64,000 nucleotides of DNA from Candidatus Latescibacterota bacterium (GCA_965261395.1 OZ253462.1:1600001-1664000), one strand, 5' to 3'; numbered from the stretch's first letter, positions 42,436 to 53,273 are shown. Made by a program: numbers and translations. Notes: generated from the letters alone by a model not told the origin.

Positions 42436-43201
42436 TGGCCTCCAAGCGGCGCAGCTCGGCGACGAGCCCCTCGCCGATTGCGGCGAAAAGGGGGTCCGGC
42501 TCGGCCCGTCCTTCATCTCCGCTCTGGCGGATTGCAGCCGAGAGAGGCAGCGCCCCAAAAAAGGGCAACCCCAACCGCTCCGCCGCCACAGCCCCGCCGC
42601 CACAGCCGAAGATCTCGTGGCGTTGATCGCATTGGCTGCACAAGTAGTAGCTCATGTTTTCGACGATCCCAAGGACGTCCACCTCGACCTTGGAAAACAT
42701 GGCAATGCCCCGCTCCACATCCTCCAGCGCCACGCTCTGCGGAGTGGTCACAATCAAGGCACCGGACAGGACTACGGCTTGGCTCAAGGTGAGCGGCACA
42801 TCGCCGGTGCCGGGCGGCAGATCGATCAACAAATAGTCGAGCGGCCCCCATTCTACTTGGTTCAAAAACTGTTGCAACGCTCGCGCCAACAGCGGCCCGC
42901 GCCAGACCACGGGCGCGTCCTCACCCGCGATAAAACCAATCGACATCAGGGCGACCCCCGCTTTGTACACCGGGCGCATGGTGCCATCCAGCCCGGTTGC
43001 AGGCTGCTGTCTGACACCCATCATCAAGGGAATGCTCGGGCCGTAGATGTCGGCGTCGAGCAGGCCGACGCGAGCTCCTTGGGCCGCCAGATTTACGGCC
43101 AAGTTGATACTTACAGTTGATTTGCCCACGCCGCCTTTGGCACTGGCAATGGCGACGGTATGGCGCACTTGGGCTAAGGGACCGGTTCGGGGAACGGACA
43201 A
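42428..43201 (-). CDS. mrp: Mrp/NBP35 (ApbC) Fe-S cluster carrier ATPase
   Basis: KGGVGKS, DADIYGPS, DLPPGTGD, VTTPQ, ENMSYYLCSQC. Confidence 0.95.
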   Translation of the reverse strand: MSVPRTGPLAQVRHTVAIASAKGGVGKSTVSINLAVNLAAQGARVGLLDADIYGPSIPLMMGVRQQPATGLDGTMRPVYKAGVALMSIGFIAGEDAPVVWRGPLLARALQQFLNQVEWGPLDYLLIDLPPGTGDVPLTLSQAVVLSGALIVTTPQSVALEDVERGIAMFSKVEVDVLGIVENMSYYLCSQCDQRHEIFGCGGGAVAAERLGLPFFGALPLSAAIRQSGDEGRAEPDPLFAAIGEGLVAELRRLEASE

Positions 43202-43213
43202 ATGTACCTGCTC

Positions 43214-44353
43214 TTAGGAGTGGAAGGCTTTGCGCATTTTGGCCAAGAAGCTGTCGCCCTCTTTGGCGACGCGCTCTTTTTCGAGCTCGGCTAGCTCGGT
43301 GAAAAGTTCGCGCTCTCGTCTATTAAGGCCCTCGGGAGTCCACAAGACGACTTGGACTAGCTGGTCGCCGACCCCGCGGCCGTTGACGTCCGGGATGCCT
43401 CGGCCGCCCATGCGGAAGACACGCCCAGATTGGGTGCCAGCGGGGATCTTCAACATGGCCCTGCCGGACAAGGTCGGAACTTCTACCTCCGTGCCTAGGG
43501 CGGCTTGGCCAAAACCCAAGGGCAATTGGTAGATCACGTGGTTGCCGTCGCGAGTGAAATAGTCGTGCTCTTTTTCTTCTATAAAGACCAAGCAATCCCC
43601 GGACGGCCCACCGCGCGGCCCGACTTCGCCTTGGCCACGCAATGGAATGTAGTTACCCTCTTGGACGCCGGCGGGAATCCGCACCGTCAGGGTCGTTTGG
43701 CCGCGCTCGCGGCCCTCGCCTCGGCACTCTGGGCAGGGATTGGACACAATGTGACCCTCCCCTTCGCAGGTCGGACACGTCACCACAGTCATCGACGGCC
43801 CAAAGAGGGTGCGCGCCATCTGTTGCACTTGGCCCTGCCCGCCGCAAGTGCCGCAGGCTTTGCGGCCCGCTCCACTGGCCGCGCCGGTACCCTCGCAGCT
43901 TTTGCAGCGCTGCAAGCGCGTCAGCGCGATGTTCTTTTCCACGCCCGTGGCGATCTCCTCTAGGGTCAAGGCCACCTTAATCTTCAAGTCGCGACCTCTT
44001 GGCTTCTCCCCCCCCCGCGACCGCCGACCACCGCCGAAAAAGCTCTCAAAAATATCGCCGAAAACGTCTTGAAAATCGCCAGCGTGCGAAAAATCCGACC
44101 ACTGAAAGCCACCGCCGCTGAATTTGCCCTCAACTCCAGCGTGGCCAAAGCGGTCGTACGCGGCCTTCTTCTCTGGATCTGAAAGCACCTCGTATGCTTC
44201 GGATGCCTCCTTGAATTGCTCTTCGGCCGCGGCGTCACCGGGATTGCGATCGGGATGGTACTTCAGCGCCTTCTTGCGGTAGGCTCCTTTGATCGCGCTT
44301 TCGCTGGCACCCCGCTCGACGCCCAGTACTTCGTAGTAGTCCCTTTTGGCCAT
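43214..44353 (-). CDS. dnaJ: Chaperone DnaJ
   Basis: J-domain HPD, G/F region, four CxxCxGxG repeats. Confidence 0.98.
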   Translation of the reverse strand: MAKRDYYEVLGVERGASESAIKGAYRKKALKYHPDRNPGDAAAEEQFKEASEAYEVLSDPEKKAAYDRFGHAGVEGKFSGGGFQWSDFSHAGDFQDVFGDIFESFFGGGRRSRGGEKPRGRDLKIKVALTLEEIATGVEKNIALTRLQRCKSCEGTGAASGAGRKACGTCGGQGQVQQMARTLFGPSMTVVTCPTCEGEGHIVSNPCPECRGEGRERGQTTLTVRIPAGVQEGNYIPLRGQGEVGPRGGPSGDCLVFIEEKEHDYFTRDGNHVIYQLPLGFGQAALGTEVEVPTLSGRAMLKIPAGTQSGRVFRMGGRGIPDVNGRGVGDQLVQVVLWTPEGLNRRERELFTELAELEKERVAKEGDSFLAKMRKAFHS

Positions 44354-44361
44354 TCTGCTCC

Positions 44362-45015
44362 TCAGCTCTCCGCACTCGCCCTGCTGACGACGACGCGCGC
44401 GTAACGGACCACCTTATCGTTGAGTTTGTAGCCCTTCTCCATCTCCTCAATGATCGTGCCTGGGGCGTGCTCGTCGTCTGGGACTTCGGCTAGGGCCTCG
44501 TGGACTTCGGGGTCAAAGGGCTGTCCCACCGACTCGATCTCGGCTAGCCCATAGCCTTTGAGCACATCGTTGAATTGGCCGCAGATCAACTCGACGCCCT
44601 GCTTGAGCAACTCGGCTTCTTGGGTCTCCTGATGGAGGGCGCGGCGCAAGTTGTCCAAGATGGGCGCAACTTGCAACAAGACATCACGCAAGGTCTCATC
44701 CCGCGTTTCCGCGCGCATCCGCACCGTGCGCTTGCGATAGTTATCCAACTCGGCGACCGCCCGCACATAGCGGTCGTAATTAGCCGCTGCCTCGGCGCGT
44801 GCAGCCTCGAGCTCGGCTAGCCCATCGGCCTCAGGCTCCGCTGCTGCTTCCTGTGATTCCGCTGCTTCCTGCGATTCCACCGCCACTTCTTCTTGCTGCG
44901 ACGCTGCCGCTTCTTGTTCGCATGACTCCGACACTTTCTCCTGCGGCTCGACGGCACTCTCCGTGCTCGTCTCGTCGTCCACTGCGACGCGGTCTTGAGT
45001 TTCGCGCTCGCTCAT
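44362..45015 (-). CDS. grpE: Nucleotide exchange factor GrpE
   Basis: [32 protein letters not shown]. Confidence 0.97.
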   Translation of the reverse strand: MSERETQDRVAVDDETSTESAVEPQEKVSESCEQEAAASQQEEVAVESQEAAESQEAAAEPEADGLAELEAARAEAAANYDRYVRAVAELDNYRKRTVRMRAETRDETLRDVLLQVAPILDNLRRALHQETQEAELLKQGVELICGQFNDVLKGYGLAEIESVGQPFDPEVHEALAEVPDDEHAPGTIIEEMEKGYKLNDKVVRYARVVVSRASAES

Positions 45016-45059
45016 CGACGCTCCTTACTCTTACTGGGAAAGATTGGAACAAAAACTCG

Positions 45060-46094
45060 TTAGCAGATCAGATCAGCCGCTCGGGAGGCCGCGCAATTGA
45101 CCAAGTTCACCAAAGACCTGTAAGGCATGCGCGTCGGGCCGATTACGCCGATCACGCCGACCGCGCCTTTGGCCCCGGCGACCTCGTAGCTGGCCGTTAC
45201 CATGCTGCACCGCTCCATCGCCCGCGGCCGGTGCTCGGAACCAATGGTGATAACCACGCCACGACGCTCGCTCATAAGCTGGGCGAGGAGGTCCTTTTTC
45301 TCCACCAAATCGACCAAACCGGCCACTTCGCTCGGATCGTCAAATTCGGGCTTTAGGCAGAGATTGCGAGTCCCCGAAACGTGGAGATCGGCACCGCGCG
45401 TAGTGGCCAAGCCTTCGATCTGCCGCACGACGGCTTCTATAACCGGCCGTGAGACTGGCCCCAGCTCGATCATTCGCTCCTCGACCGCGCGTTGGATTTC
45501 AGCCATCGTCAGCCCGTGCAAGCGCTCGTTAAAAAGCCGGCTCAGGACCTCTAACTCGCGCTGCGACACCGCGCAATTTACTTCGACCATCAAGCTCTTT
45601 GTCAGGCCCCCACGCATGGTGACGATGAGCAACAGGCGACGCTCCCCCAAGTGCCAAAGTTCCAGCTTGTGAAAGATGCCTTGATTAAAGCGCGGGGCCA
45701 AAACCAGCCCTAATTGGTTCGACAAATCGCCGATGGTTCTCGCCAATTGATGCAGGATCTCCTCGTAATTGCCCTCCTGTTGTGCAGCTTCTAGCTGCTG
45801 CCGCAGAGCGATCTCAGCCTCGTCTAGGCCAGCGTCTGCCGTCGCCATGCAGCGCTGCACGTAGAATCGGTAGCCCTTTTCAGAGGGAATGCGGCCTGCC
45901 GAGACATGGGGCTGGGATACGTAGCCCTTTTCCTCTAGGCAGGCTAGAGTGTTGCGTATGGTAGCCGAACTGACGCCCAGATCCTCGTGCTGGATCAACG
46001 TCTGCGAACCAACCGGGACGCTTTGGGCAACGTGGACTTTGACCAAAGCAAGGAGAACTTGGATTTCGCGTTTGGAAAGTGGGCTAGTGGCCAT
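45060..46094 (-). CDS. hrcA: Heat-inducible transcription repressor
   Basis: PVGSQTL, SSATIRN, QPHVSAGRIPSEKGYRFYV, IGPTRMPY. Confidence 0.96.
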   Translation of the reverse strand: MATSPLSKREIQVLLALVKVHVAQSVPVGSQTLIQHEDLGVSSATIRNTLACLEEKGYVSQPHVSAGRIPSEKGYRFYVQRCMATADAGLDEAEIALRQQLEAAQQEGNYEEILHQLARTIGDLSNQLGLVLAPRFNQGIFHKLELWHLGERRLLLIVTMRGGLTKSLMVEVNCAVSQRELEVLSRLFNERLHGLTMAEIQRAVEERMIELGPVSRPVIEAVVRQIEGLATTRGADLHVSGTRNLCLKPEFDDPSEVAGLVDLVEKKDLLAQLMSERRGVVITIGSEHRPRAMERCSMVTASYEVAGAKGAVGVIGVIGPTRMPYRSLVNLVNCAASRAADLIC

Positions 46095-46150
46095 GGCCGG
46101 GAAGCATCTCAAGCGGCATAAACGCCAGATAAATACTGAAGCTTTGAGAA

Positions 46151-46178
46151 ATAATAAAAGCCGCCGATTCCTTGTCAA
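46151..46178 (-). promoter_or_regulatory. Candidate promoter of the hrcA operon
   Basis: Minus strand TTGACA, 16 nt, TATTAT. Confidence 0.5.
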
Positions 46179-46197
46179 GGTTCGCTTACCAGCTTGC

Positions 46198-46226
46198 TTG
46201 ACAGCCAATTTACAGGATCGTACTAT
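46198..46226 (+). promoter_or_regulatory. sigma70-like promoter of glnA
   Basis: TTGACA, 17 nt, TACTAT. Confidence 0.7.
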
Positions 46227-46288
46227 TAAAGCTTCATTTTTGTCTCAAACCACCCTAAAGCATTATTCGACGCGAGAAAGGAATTCTC

Positions 46289-47764
46289 ATGGCCAAAGCC
46301 AAGGCTAAAGCCAAACCGAAAGCCAAAGCCAAAACGAAGTCATCCGGGCCCAGCGCGGTCGATGCCGCGCTGGCCTTAGCACGCAACCAACAAGCGCAGA
46401 TGGTCGATTTCAAGTTCGTCGATCTGCCCGGCACCTGGCAGCACTTCACCATGCCCATCGCCGGCCTCGAACCCGATCTGTTCGACGATGGCCTCGGCTT
46501 CGATGGCTCCTCCATCCGCGGATGGAAGGCGATCGACGAATCCGACATGCTCGTCGTGCCCGATCCGACCACCGCGGTGATGGATCCGTTCACCGCGGTG
46601 CCGACCCTGTCGCTGATCTGCTCGATTGAAGACCCCATCACCCGCCAGCCCTATGGCCGCGATCCCCGCGGCGTTGCCCAGCGTGCCCAAGCCTACTTGC
46701 TGCGCACCCAGCTGGCCGACACGGCGTTTTTCGGGCCGGAAGCAGAGTTTTTCATCTTCGACAACATCCAGTTCGACCAGCAACCCCATCAGGCCTTCTA
46801 TGCGATTGACTCCGCCGAAGGACGCTGGAACAGCGGTGCCGACGAAGGACCCAACCTCGGCTACAAGCCCGACTACAAGGGCGGCTACTTCCCCGTGCCG
46901 CCCACCGACTCCCAGCAAGACCTCCGCACCGAGATGGTGCAGACGATGCTCGACTGCGGCATCGACGTGGAGATTCACCACCACGAGGTGGGCACCGCCG
47001 GCCAGGGCGAAATCGACATCCGCTTTTGTCCGCTGCTTATTTGCGGCGACCGGATGATGATGTATAAATACATCGTCAAGAATGTGGCACGTCAGCACGG
47101 CAAGACGGCTACGTTCATGCCCAAGCCGCTGTTTGAGGACAACGGCACGGGCATGCACACCCACCAGAGTCTGTGGCAGGGCGACCAGCCGCTGTTTGCT
47201 GGCAGCGGCTATGCGGGTATCAGCCAGATGGCGCTGCACTACATCGGCGGACTGTTGCACCACGCACCGGCGCTGTTGGCGTTTACCAATCCGACGACCA
47301 ACTCCTACAAGCGGCTGGTGCCCGGCTATGAGGCCCCAGTGAACTTGGCGTATTCGCAACGCAATCGCAGTGCGTCGGTGCGCATTCCGATGTATTCGCC
47401 CAGTCCCAAGAGCAAGCGGGTGGAGTTCCGCTGCCCCGACCCGTCGTGCAACATCTACTTGGCGCTGTCGGCGATGCTGATGGCGGGGTTGGACGGCATT
47501 GAGCAGCAGATGGATCCGGGTGAACCGCTGGACAAGAATCTGTATGATCTGTCGGCGGAGGAGCGGGCGGGGGTGCCGCAGACGGCCGGCTCATTGGAGG
47601 CGTCGTTGGATCACTTGGAGCAGGATCGGGACTTTCTGTTGCAGGGCGATGTGTTCTCCGACGACCTGATCGACGCGTGGATCGACTACAAGCGCACCGA
47701 GGAGGTCGATGCCCTCCGACTGCGTCCGCATCCCTATGAGTTCTCACTCTACTACGACGTGTAA
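46289..47764 (+). CDS. glnA: Glutamine synthetase type I
   Basis: [43 protein letters not shown] adenylylation site. Confidence 0.98.
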   Translation: MAKAKAKAKPKAKAKTKSSGPSAVDAALALARNQQAQMVDFKFVDLPGTWQHFTMPIAGLEPDLFDDGLGFDGSSIRGWKAIDESDMLVVPDPTTAVMDPFTAVPTLSLICSIEDPITRQPYGRDPRGVAQRAQAYLLRTQLADTAFFGPEAEFFIFDNIQFDQQPHQAFYAIDSAEGRWNSGADEGPNLGYKPDYKGGYFPVPPTDSQQDLRTEMVQTMLDCGIDVEIHHHEVGTAGQGEIDIRFCPLLICGDRMMMYKYIVKNVARQHGKTATFMPKPLFEDNGTGMHTHQSLWQGDQPLFAGSGYAGISQMALHYIGGLLHHAPALLAFTNPTTNSYKRLVPGYEAPVNLAYSQRNRSASVRIPMYSPSPKSKRVEFRCPDPSCNIYLALSAMLMAGLDGIEQQMDPGEPLDKNLYDLSAEERAGVPQTAGSLEASLDHLEQDRDFLLQGDVFSDDLIDAWIDYKRTEEVDALRLRPHPYEFSLYYDV

Positions 47765-47789
47765 ACAACTGCTAACTACGGGTACTCAC

Positions 47790-47828
47790 AGCAAGGGAAG
47801 ATTTTCACTGGGGGAATCTTCCCTTGCT
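47790..47828 (+). terminator. Stem-loop after glnA (probable terminator or stabiliser)
   Basis: agcaagggaagatt...aatcttcccttgct perfect 14-bp stem; weak U-tract. Confidence 0.65.
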
Positions 47829-47854
47829 CTATATACACCCTACGGTCACACCTC

Positions 47855-48760
47855 GTGAAACTCGTCATCGGCAGCCGCGGCAGCCAACTCGCCCTCGTCC
47901 AAGCCCATGAGGTCCGCAACCGCTTGCTAGCGCTGCACGACGGGCTGGACATTGAGATTTCAATCATCCGCACCACTGGCGACGCGACGACGGGTTCGCT
48001 GCGTCGCTTGGGAGGCATGGGCGTTTTTATCAAAGCCCTTGAATCCGCCCTGCTGGCCGGGCACATCGACCTAGCGGTTCACAGCCTGAAAGACCTGCCG
48101 ACCCAGATGGACGGCGGCCTCGCCCTCGTCGCCACGCCCGAGCGCGAAGATGTGCGCGACGCTCTCGTCGGCCCCGGCATATCCTCGCTGGCCGATTTGC
48201 CGGACGGCGCGCGGGTGGGCACAGGCAGTCTGCGCCGCCGCGCCCAACTCAAGGCCCTGCGGCCCGACCTGAACATTCTAGATATCCGCGGCAACCTAGA
48301 CACCCGCATCGACAAGGCCATGCGCGGCGAGTGCGATGCCGTCGTCCTGGCCGTTGCCGGACTCAACCGCCTCGGCTGGCAGGAGCGCATTGGCTGCTAC
48401 CTGCCCCTAAATCAGGTACTGCCCGCGCCCGGCCAAGGCGCTTTAGGGCTGCAAATGCGCGCCGATCACCCTGCGCGCCCCACCGTCGTAGCCCTCAACC
48501 ACGCCCCGACCCTAGCCGCAGTGCAAGCCGAGCGCCACCTACTACACACCCTGCGCGCCGGGTGCCACGCGCCCGTCGGCACTTGGGGCCGCATCGAGGG
48601 CGACCTCCTCGCACTCGACGGCTTGGTGGGCCATCCCGAAGGCACCCAGTTGCTGCGCGCCGAGTTGCGTGCCCCCCGTGCCCGTGCCGAATCCCTAGGT
48701 GCATCCCTTGCAGACGCCCTGCGCACCCAAGGCGCCGATGCCCTCTTGCAGATGCCCTGA
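47855..48760 (+). CDS. hemC: Hydroxymethylbilane synthase
   Basis: GSRGSQLAL, DLAVHSLKD, GTGSLRR, IRGN, PAPGQGAL, GCHAP. Confidence 0.97.
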   Translation: MKLVIGSRGSQLALVQAHEVRNRLLALHDGLDIEISIIRTTGDATTGSLRRLGGMGVFIKALESALLAGHIDLAVHSLKDLPTQMDGGLALVATPEREDVRDALVGPGISSLADLPDGARVGTGSLRRRAQLKALRPDLNILDIRGNLDTRIDKAMRGECDAVVLAVAGLNRLGWQERIGCYLPLNQVLPAPGQGALGLQMRADHPARPTVVALNHAPTLAAVQAERHLLHTLRAGCHAPVGTWGRIEGDLLALDGLVGHPEGTQLLRAELRAPRARAESLGASLADALRTQGADALLQMP

Positions 48761-50286
48761 TGTCCGCTGAATACGCCACTCCAGGCACCGTGTACATCGT
48801 CGGAGCCGGTCCCGGCGACCCCGGCCTACTGACTCTCAAAGGACTGCGCTACCTGCGCGAGGCCGACGTCGTCCTCTACGACGACCTCCTCGACAGCCGC
48901 TTGCTGGACCTAGTGCCCAGCACGTGCGAGCAAATCGCGGTCGGCAAACGCGGCGGCCGCAAAAACCCCTCCCAAGACGAGATCCATGCGCTCCTCGTTG
49001 ATCGCGCCCGCCAAGGCCATATCGTCGTCCGCCTCAAAGGCGGTGACCCCTTCATCTTCGGCCGCGGCGGCGAAGAGGCCCTGCACCTGCGCCAAGCCGG
49101 CATCCCCTTTGAAATCGTCTCCGGCGTCTCCGCGGCCTCTGGCGTCTTGGCCTACGCAGGCATCCCCTTAACTCATCGCGGCATCGCCTCGGCTGCGCTG
49201 CTGGTCACTGGCAATGAGGATCCGGCTAAGCCCGCGACCATCGACTGGGACCAACTAGCGGCCTTTGACGGCACCCTCGTCATCTTCATGGCCGTCCGCA
49301 AGCTCGCCAGTATATGCCAGCATCTCATCGCTCGGGGCCGGCCAGCTTCGACACCGGCCGCAGCCATTGAATGGGGCACTTGGCCCGACCAGCGCACGGT
49401 CGTCGCCGATCTCCAACACCTGCCGGCCCAAGCCGTTGCCCAGCAAATCCGCTCGCCGGCCCTCATCGCAATCGGCCCAGTCGTCGCGCTGCGTCAAGAG
49501 CTCAACTGGTTTGAGAGCAAGCCGCTCTTTGGCCGCCGCTTGCTCGTCACCCGCAGCCGTGAACAGGCCGGCCCCCTCCAGCAACGCCTCGAAGCCGAAG
49601 GGGCGGCCGTATCGACACTGCCCCTTTTGCACATCGGCCCACCCGACGACTGGACGGCTGTGGATGCGGCCCAAGACCGGCTTAGGGACGCTGCTTGGGT
49701 CGTCTTCACCAGCCCCAACAGCGTGTCCTTTTTCTGCGACCGGCTCTACCAGCGCGGCCTCGACGCCCGGGTCTTTGCCCACACGCGCATCGCGGCCGTC
49801 GGCTTGGCTACGGCCGCGGCGCTACGCCAACAGGGCTTAGTTGCCGACCTCGTGCCCCCGAGCCAATCGCAGGCCTCGCTAGCGAGCGCCTTTGCTGCAT
49901 TCGATGTGGCCGGCCAAGAGATCCTCTTACCGGCCTCTTCCATTGGGCGCACTGAACTCGCCAATACGCTCGCAGCACGCGGTGCCCAAGTTCACCACCT
50001 AACGACGTACGTAAATCGCCTGCCGGACCAAGTCGAACTCCCCGCCGAGCTGGCCGAGAACAAACTCGACCTCATCGTCTTTGCCAGCCCATCCAGCGTC
50101 CACAATTTTCATCAGGTTCTAGGGTCCAAACGCGCAGAGGCCGTATTGGCCCGCACCCACATTGCCTGCATTGGTCCGACCACGGCCGCAGCCGTGCGCC
50201 AACTCGGATTTGCCGTTCACGTGCAGCCCCGCGAAAGCAGTATCCCCTCGCTCGTCCAAGCTATCATCGCCTTCTACGCCCCGTGA
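48760..50286 (+). CDS. cobA: Uroporphyrinogen-III C-methyltransferase / uroporphyrinogen-III synthase fusion (CobA-HemD)
   Basis: VGAGPGDPGL, RLKGGDPFIFGRGGEE; then LVTRS, FTSPNSV, FASPSSV, CIGPTT; ATG overlaps the hemC stop. Confidence 0.95.
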   Translation: MSAEYATPGTVYIVGAGPGDPGLLTLKGLRYLREADVVLYDDLLDSRLLDLVPSTCEQIAVGKRGGRKNPSQDEIHALLVDRARQGHIVVRLKGGDPFIFGRGGEEALHLRQAGIPFEIVSGVSAASGVLAYAGIPLTHRGIASAALLVTGNEDPAKPATIDWDQLAAFDGTLVIFMAVRKLASICQHLIARGRPASTPAAAIEWGTWPDQRTVVADLQHLPAQAVAQQIRSPALIAIGPVVALRQELNWFESKPLFGRRLLVTRSREQAGPLQQRLEAEGAAVSTLPLLHIGPPDDWTAVDAAQDRLRDAAWVVFTSPNSVSFFCDRLYQRGLDARVFAHTRIAAVGLATAAALRQQGLVADLVPPSQSQASLASAFAAFDVAGQEILLPASSIGRTELANTLAARGAQVHHLTTYVNRLPDQVELPAELAENKLDLIVFASPSSVHNFHQVLGSKRAEAVLARTHIACIGPTTAAAVRQLGFAVHVQPRESSIPSLVQAIIAFYAP

Positions 50287-51296
50287 AGACCTACCCAGCC
50301 GGCAAGCTGCCTCCCGCTGAATTAAGCCGTCTGCTCGCGGCCTATACCCACCGCCACGAACGCCTGCTCGTGCCGCCGACCGTGGGCGAGGACGCGGCGG
50401 TCATCGACTGCGGCGACCGCTTGCTAGTGGCCAAGACCGACCCCATCACTTTTGCCAGCGACGAGATTGGCTGGTACGCAGTCCACGTCAATGCCAACGA
50501 CATTGCCGCCATGGGGGCGACGCCCCGCTTCTTCCTCAGCACCATCCTCCTCCCCGAGGGACGCGCCACGCCCGAGCTTGCGGCATCCATTTTTCGCTCC
50601 ATCCACCAAGCTGCCGAGAGCTTGGGCGTCGCCGTCTGCGGCGGCCACACGGAGGTGACCTACGGACTCGACCGCCCCCTAGTCATCGGCCAGATGCTCG
50701 GGGAAACCACGCGCGACCGCTTGGTGCGCTCCTCGGGCTTGCGACCCGGCCACGCCCTACTTCTGACCAAGGGCTTGGGCATTGAAGCCACCGCCATCAT
50801 CGCCCGCGAAAAACGCGCACAACTGCGCGATCACGGCTGTACGCCGGCCTTTTTGGACGCCTGCGCCGACTTCCTCCACACCCCCGGCATCAGCGTCGTG
50901 CGCGATGCCCAAGTCGCCGTCCAAGCCGGACGAGTCACTGCCATGCACGACCCGACCGAAGGCGGGGTTGCCACGGGCCTGTGGGAATTGGCCACTGCGT
51001 CCGCAGTGGGCGCAGAAATCGACTACCACGCGCTGCCCATCGATCCGGCCACAGCACACCTCTGCGCGGCCTTTGAACTCGATCTCCTCGGCGTGATTTC
51101 CTCGGGTGCGCTACTGATCGGCTGCACGGCCGATTCCGCCGACGCCATACTCGCGGCCCTGCACGACGCTAACATAGCCGCAGCCCGCATCGGCACGGTC
51201 CGTCCCCCTTCTTTCGGGCTTCAGCTACGCCGCGACGGCCACCTGACGACATTGCCCACTTTTCCGGTGGACGAAATCTCGCGCCTCTTTACCTAA
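50283..51296 (+). CDS. AIR synthase family (HypE-like) protein
   Basis: GKLP, GEDAAV, TDPIT, VNANDIA, GGHTEVT, MHDPTEGG. Confidence 0.88.
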   Translation: MKTYPAGKLPPAELSRLLAAYTHRHERLLVPPTVGEDAAVIDCGDRLLVAKTDPITFASDEIGWYAVHVNANDIAAMGATPRFFLSTILLPEGRATPELAASIFRSIHQAAESLGVAVCGGHTEVTYGLDRPLVIGQMLGETTRDRLVRSSGLRPGHALLLTKGLGIEATAIIAREKRAQLRDHGCTPAFLDACADFLHTPGISVVRDAQVAVQAGRVTAMHDPTEGGVATGLWELATASAVGAEIDYHALPIDPATAHLCAAFELDLLGVISSGALLIGCTADSADAILAALHDANIAAARIGTVRPPSFGLQLRRDGHLTTLPTFPVDEISRLFT

Positions 51297-51315
51297 TCGC
51301 GGTCTTATCGGTTAT
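50940..51315 (+). repeat. Direct repeat copy 1 (3' end of AIR-synthase gene plus about 19 bp downstream)
   Basis: Ungapped alignment to 54545-54920; about 32 mismatches in 376 bp by hand count. Confidence 0.95.
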
Positions 51316-51443
51316 TGTGAACTCGGTGGTGTCCGAACTACGACTGAATAGCTGGGCGGTGGGTGTTCCGCCGGACCAGACGCCATACATGCGGAAGCTC
51401 CGGCGGGTGCGCGGAGCTCCCTTGCCTATGATGGAGAAGTGCA

Positions 51444-53273
51444 GTGAAGCTACCTGTTCATAATGAGGTTCTGGATGCGTGCAAATATGCGGCAACCATA
51501 TCCAGGTTCAAATTCCATGGAATGGATCGGAGGTTCGTTCCACTCCCAGCGGTCAAGACGGCCACCGTTACCTTTATCGGAATCAACTATAAGACCTATG
51601 CCATCACTGCCCGCCATGTGATCGAGCATTTTCAAGAACGTGCCCGTGCGGAAGAGCGGGAGCACGAGGGTTTTTATTGCCCCCAGTCTCCCGGAGTGGT
51701 CATTGAGGGCCCTTTCCTGACGCCCCCGGCCAATTATCCGGAGGCCCCTCCCGACATCGCGATTTGCCCAATAGACAGGTGCCTTCCTAGCTACGTCGGG
51801 AAGGAGGCATTCGTGGTGCGGCCAGAGGGTGACCCAGAATGGCCCGTCTCCCATGCCGTTGTATTCGGATTTCCGACCGAAGAAAAACACAACATAAAGG
51901 ACGAGCACGGGAATACTAGGCTCGCTATGCCGTGCATTCACGTGTTGGCAGAGGGAGTGGAATCCGATGGACTGGGCGATCAAGTGCTCTTTTACAGTTC
52001 TCTGCCGGAGCCACCAGTCGTTCAAAACCTTAGTGGGATAAGCGGCGGCCCAGCCTTCTGGACAGATGAATCAAGCTATGGCCTCGTTGGCTTTGTGACG
52101 GAAGGGAAGGTCGTGGTGCCGGATGAAGGCGAAGGCACACCGAACGGGGATTCAAGACTGCACTATTTCCTCCAACGGGTCGACTACTCCATCTTGGAGA
52201 GGTGGACGGAGTACATAGACGAGAACTGGGAGAGCAAATGTGCCGAAATCGACGCGACGATCAATAGGGACCGTGGGCACCAAGCCGCGAACAAAGGTGC
52301 TGAGAGCGTCTACGAGGCGTACTCGGACGCGATGGCCGACATAGTGGGTGTCGCGAACAATCCGATATTGGAGTTGTTGGGGCCATCAGTGAGGGACATT
52401 GACGAAGTCGTCGATGATGAGTTCGTGGATCGAAAACGGACGCAAATGTTGCGGCTCCTCCGTGAGCAAAACGTGGCGCTTGATGGAGCGAAGTCCGAAG
52501 ATCTTGTTGAACTTTTGGGCGAGACGCATTTCTATGTACTATGCAAGAAAGAGGGGATTGAGCTTGACCAAGTCGTCGATGCAGGACACCCGGCATTCCG
52601 GTGTAGTCGGGACGAACGCCCATTCCGTCTTGAAGTCATCACTCCTTCTTTCGTTGGCGGGGACTCAGCCATCGAGGCGATGATCGAGGAGTCCTTCGAA
52701 AAGAAGGTCGCCATGCAGGAGCGCTTGGCTGAAGGACATTCTGTCGCAGTATCCCAACAAGTGATCGCGCCCTATGGAGAATTCCCTCATGAGCAACGGG
52801 TTACTCACCTTATACAACGGTTACAGGAGAAAGTACGCGCAAATGTGAGGGCTGGACGGTTCGATGCCGAACAACGGTTCTTGGTCTGCAATCTGATAGC
52901 CTTGCCTCCTTACGCCAATACTGACTCGATCCTGAGGCCGGTCTACTGTCGTCATGTCGCGGATGAAGGAATTTACACAGTGACGGGGGAACTGTGGATG
53001 GTTGCATTTGCCCGTCCGGGGATGCTCATCCATTCCGAACCGGAGTTTTCGTGGAGTCGTGGTGTTGAAGGGACAATCCAGACGACCGGTATCCTCGTGG
53101 ATGAGACATTCGATCGTTTCGCGGGGATCATATTTGTCGTATATGACCTACAGAGAACGGCAAGGACTCTGGCGGTGTTTCGTGACAAAGACTGCATGGG
53201 GAGGACCATGGTGACGCTGGTAGGTGATCGTTGGAATGATGAGGGCGATAGTAATGGCTGGTGTCTAAAATAG
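51444..53273 (+). CDS. Trypsin-like serine protease domain fused to an uncharacterised, possibly restriction-endonuclease-fold C-terminal domain
   Basis: Triad candidates ITARHV, PDIAI, SGISGGP; C-terminal LGETHF...PAF...LEVIT. Confidence 0.65.
   Translation: MKLPVHNEVLDACKYAATISRFKFHGMDRRFVPLPAVKTATVTFIGINYKTYAITARHVIEHFQERARAEEREHEGFYCPQSPGVVIEGPFLTPPANYPEAPPDIAICPIDRCLPSYVGKEAFVVRPEGDPEWPVSHAVVFGFPTEEKHNIKDEHGNTRLAMPCIHVLAEGVESDGLGDQVLFYSSLPEPPVVQNLSGISGGPAFWTDESSYGLVGFVTEGKVVVPDEGEGTPNGDSRLHYFLQRVDYSILERWTEYIDENWESKCAEIDATINRDRGHQAANKGAESVYEAYSDAMADIVGVANNPILELLGPSVRDIDEVVDDEFVDRKRTQMLRLLREQNVALDGAKSEDLVELLGETHFYVLCKKEGIELDQVVDAGHPAFRCSRDERPFRLEVITPSFVGGDSAIEAMIEESFEKKVAMQERLAEGHSVAVSQQVIAPYGEFPHEQRVTHLIQRLQEKVRANVRAGRFDAEQRFLVCNLIALPPYANTDSILRPVYCRHVADEGIYTVTGELWMVAFARPGMLIHSEPEFSWSRGVEGTIQTTGILVDETFDRFAGIIFVVYDLQRTARTLAVFRDKDCMGRTMVTLVGDRWNDEGDSNGWCLK

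Noticed and set aside
44835-44915. Short repeats in the grpE 5' region (SQEAAE)
   Set aside because: Ordinary low-complexity acidic N-terminus of GrpE.
46376-47359. Long antisense or alternate-frame ORFs (here, and e.g. 17980-18975, 9564-10439, 42044-43120)
   Set aside because: Shadow ORFs expected opposite GC-rich genes; the real genes on the other strand are clear.
50283-51296. AIR-synthase family gene as selenophosphate synthetase SelD
   Set aside because: It lacks the N-terminal (C/U)xxK motif and DFF signature of SelD. No Sec machinery is visible in this window.
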